Both the position numbers and the translations under genes were made by a program. From positions 1,105,249 to 1,169,248 of the forward strand of contig BDGG01000005.1 of the NCBI GenBank assembly GCA_001949185.1: a stretch of 64,000 bases of DNA, read 5' to 3'. How positions within the stretch are numbered: the first letter of the stretch is position 1; each line of letters begins with the position of its first letter. Origin of the DNA: Ramazzottius varieornatus (taxonomy: Eukaryota > Animalia > Tardigrada). Below the pieces are notes generated by a model. That model was not told where the DNA came from. It ran no database searches and worked only from the letters and a program-made list of their open reading frames with translations. Shown piece after piece: positions 61,309 to 64,000 of the stretch.

Positions 61309-61570
61309 ATTGCGATAATTCGATCCATTTGTTTTGGCGGTTTTGCATCCCTTTCAACTTTCCGTTTTGTTTTTCTCCTGTTTCCTGCCCGTTGAATCTT
61401 AAAGCGCCTGCTCCAACATATCTTCGTGTCTGCAGAAGTGGGAGCTTTATTCAACTTGGTCACCGCTTCGAAGGATCTTGTCAAAGGCCTGCAGGATGGA
61501 TTTCACTTGATACTTCCCATTAGGCACATGTTGATCTTGGTACCTTCGATCCGGATTAACGACCACCACC

Positions 61571-64000
61571 ATGGCTTGTTTTGGCAGCGACACATCTCAA
61601 ATCATGGAAGCTCTGATGTTGGCGGGATCGAGGACGCGGAGTCGCAAACGGTGCGGGGAAAGCGAACTGGCGTCGCCACAATCAGCTGTTCGTGTAAAAC
61701 GTAAGCGCTGAATTGATGATAACATGAACGCTCGCGAGTTTTTTTGCTGAATCCGTGCTCTTCATCTTTTCAGGCACGCGTCTAAGTATGAGACAAGAGA
61801 CAATCGCAGAAGAAGCACCCGAAGTCTCCTGCATCCATGTCGACTCCGATTCGGAGCCTGAGCGGGAGCTTTCACCTGCACTTCCGGTTGTGCTAGATTT
61901 CGACGACGAAGTGATCTTCTCACCGCCAGAAGAAGTGGAAGCTCCAGTAGAATCTCCTCCGAAGACTGTCATCCTGGATGAAACAGTCGTGCACCACGCT
62001 TTGAATGAGATCGTCACTCATCATCCCTCCTTTGACGTGGGGGAGTGGCATGAGCGCCTTTCGCGCATAAGGAGAAAATCCTACACTTCCGGTACAAATC
62101 TGCTGTATTACAGCAGGTCTTTCTTGTTCTCCTAGTAGATCGATCATCTTTCTGTTTTCACAGGGATATGGACGTCCAAGTATTCTCCGCTGGACTGCTG
62201 TTCTGTACTTGGTAATGACGGTGCGATGCTTCGGCTGAAAAGCTGGCTTTTGGAATGGAAGCTCTTCATTGAGAAGGACGATCCAGAAGGAACTGCTCAA
62301 ACCAAAGAACGGCAGAATAAAGAAAGCAAGCTCGAAAAGTCAAAACTGAAAGCTGACTGTCGAAGTATGTAGCAACAGCGAGTCTTTAGCATTATAGAAC
62401 TATGGCTGAACGTTCTTTTCGATTTTCAGAGGCCTATATCGATCAAGATTCGTCGGACGACGATGGAGAGTTTCAAATGCCGGTGCCCGAAGAAATGCCC
62501 CTTACAGGTTTCATGGCTTACGGAGCTTCCGGTGTTGGGAAGAGCGCCGCTGTACACGCCCTCGCACAAGAGATGGGCTTTACAGTGCTAGAGATCAACC
62601 CTGCCTCGTGTAAGGACGGCAAGCAGATCCTGACGCAGACGCTGGAGGCCACGCAGAGCCATCGCATCAGCGGCGAAACTAAGTCGAGTTTGGGCTTTAA
62701 GAACCTTTTCTCGAAATCCTCACAGTCGCAGCCGAAAGAGGACGAAGAATCAAGGAAGGCGGAAGAGAAGAAAAATACTTTGATCCTCATAGATGATGTA
62801 AGAAACCGTCTTCCTCGTTCATTTCTTTCTTCACTAGACTTATATGGCGAAATACTTTTCGTTCTCACAGGCGGATGTTCTACCTGAAGGAGAAGAATCG
62901 CTCCTTTCAACCCTTGAAACAATGCTGAGGAAGACAAAGCGACCCATCGTCTTTACGGTTTCCGGTCAGTCGAAAATACGCCTTATTCAAACAGAGAACC
63001 TGGAAGTTGGTGAAGTAGACTTTCTCCGACAGAGTACAGTAAGTGGCGTTGTAACTTTTGCTCTCAGTCTCTTCTTGACTTCATTATGGAAATCCTTTTT
63101 GTTTTTTTGCAGAGTGATGTCGTCTGTTACGTCCGTTTGTTATGTCTCATCGAAAGTGTCGTTCTGGATCAAGAAATGGCGGTGGACCTGGTCAAGTCGG
63201 TTAGCGGAGACCTTCGAGCCGCCATAAACCTGGTGCAATTCTGGGCGAGTTCACCGTCGAGAAAGTTCGCTGCAGCTGAGAGATCGTCTTTGTCACTCGC
63301 CGCAGTTGACAGCCCTCCTAGCTTTATTCAGAATGGGCCGGATCTGTTTACATCCGAGAAGAAGCCAAACACTCAGGCAGGTCAGTTAGTTCAGAACTTG
63401 GTCGACACGACGATTGTTTTGAGAAGGATAGTTGAGGACGTGGTTAGTGGGTGCGAAAAAAATTCAGCACCTGACGTCGCGGGGATGTCTCAATCGAGAA
63501 AGGTATCTGAGGCGGACGAGCCGAAAGCTTGTGCGGAAGAAATGTTTAGACTAGCAGAACATCAATCTGCATTTGCGCAGCTCACCCACGATTCACGGAA
63601 GGCCGTTGATTGCGCTCTCGTCGAGCACCTCCCTATGGCTGGAACGACGGAAGATGCCAATGAACTTCCCATTACTACCGAAGATCGGTTTGACAGTCTG
63701 GCAAACTGGTCAGAAAGCTCCATGGGATACACGGACGTGGTGAAGTCTTTTGTGGGTGAGAAGCTGGAAGACCAGCCTTCGGAGTATTGGTCAAGGTAAG
63801 CGCGTCACCTTACTAAGACGGTCTGTGATGAAACTATAGCTGACAACTGGACAAGGTCGGTTGTCCAAGTGGCGTAAGCTTCCGGTCAGCAACACTGAAA
63901 ATATGCGCCACTTGGGAATCCAGTCTCATCAAGTTGTTTGCCGAGCTCCCAGTTCTGATTTCCATTTTTTCCTAGAATACCATTGTCAACTGTTTGCAGG
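61571..64000 (+). CDS. ATAD5: ATAD5/Elg1 RFC-like PCNA unloader, continues past the window end
   Basis: Kozak CACCATGG at 61571 with an in-phase first intron; Walker A GASGVGKS, VLEINPAS, LEATQSHRI, LILIDDADV, TKRPIVFT and GDLRAAINLVQFW. Confidence 0.9.
63845..63950. repeat. Foldback family copy E15 (ATAD5 intron)
   Basis: CCAAGTGGCGT(63875)-N29-GCGCCACTTGGG(63905)..GTTTGCCGAGCTCCC. Confidence 0.9.

Noticed and set aside
1807-63950. Foldback family as a CRISPR array or bacterial REP system
   Set aside because: Copies are dispersed and inverted, not tandem direct repeats. The spacers share a loose consensus, the context is eukaryotic and intronic, and no cas or associated transposase gene is present.
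1807-63950. Foldback family as introner elements or tRNA-derived SINEs
   Set aside because: Element ends do not coincide with splice sites, and homologous introns exist without the element in PDI paralogues. AGTGGCGCA resembles a tRNA A-box, but there is no B-box or A-rich tail.

Overview
Eukaryotic (invertebrate animal) genomic DNA from a compact genome with many ~55-90 nt GT-AG introns, so the ORF track shows exon fragments. Genes reconstructed by manual splicing, left to right: a probable pogo-like transposase C-terminus; a 3-exon 191-aa MGAEIS protein with a Gly/Ala hydrophobic segment; three tandem PDIA4/ERp72-like paralogues with eroded active sites; an SLC35D nucleotide-sugar transporter; COMMD3; a Psc/Su(z)2/BMI1-like PCGF; a secreted acidic + (GRPMGPP)21 + basic protein; NAGA; a ZP-C/cuticlin-like protein; a second BMI1/Psc-like PCGF; an ~8 kb gene-poor stretch; MRI1, ARL3, SAP30, MRPL47, FEN1 and ATAD5 (3'-truncated). 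Several non-autonomous DNA transposons are present (hAT with 8-bp TSD, pogo derivative with a pipsqueak HTH, TA-flanked foldbacks). The main unexplained signal is a dispersed ~125-bp foldback family (15 loci, 18 cores, 12 loci intronic) with consensus GGGAGCTCGGCAAAC..CAAGTGGCGC-N29-GCGCCACTTG..GTTTGCCGAGCTCCC. Its sequence is heavily diverged but its internal spacings are almost invariant. All calls come from reading the sequence; no database searches were run.
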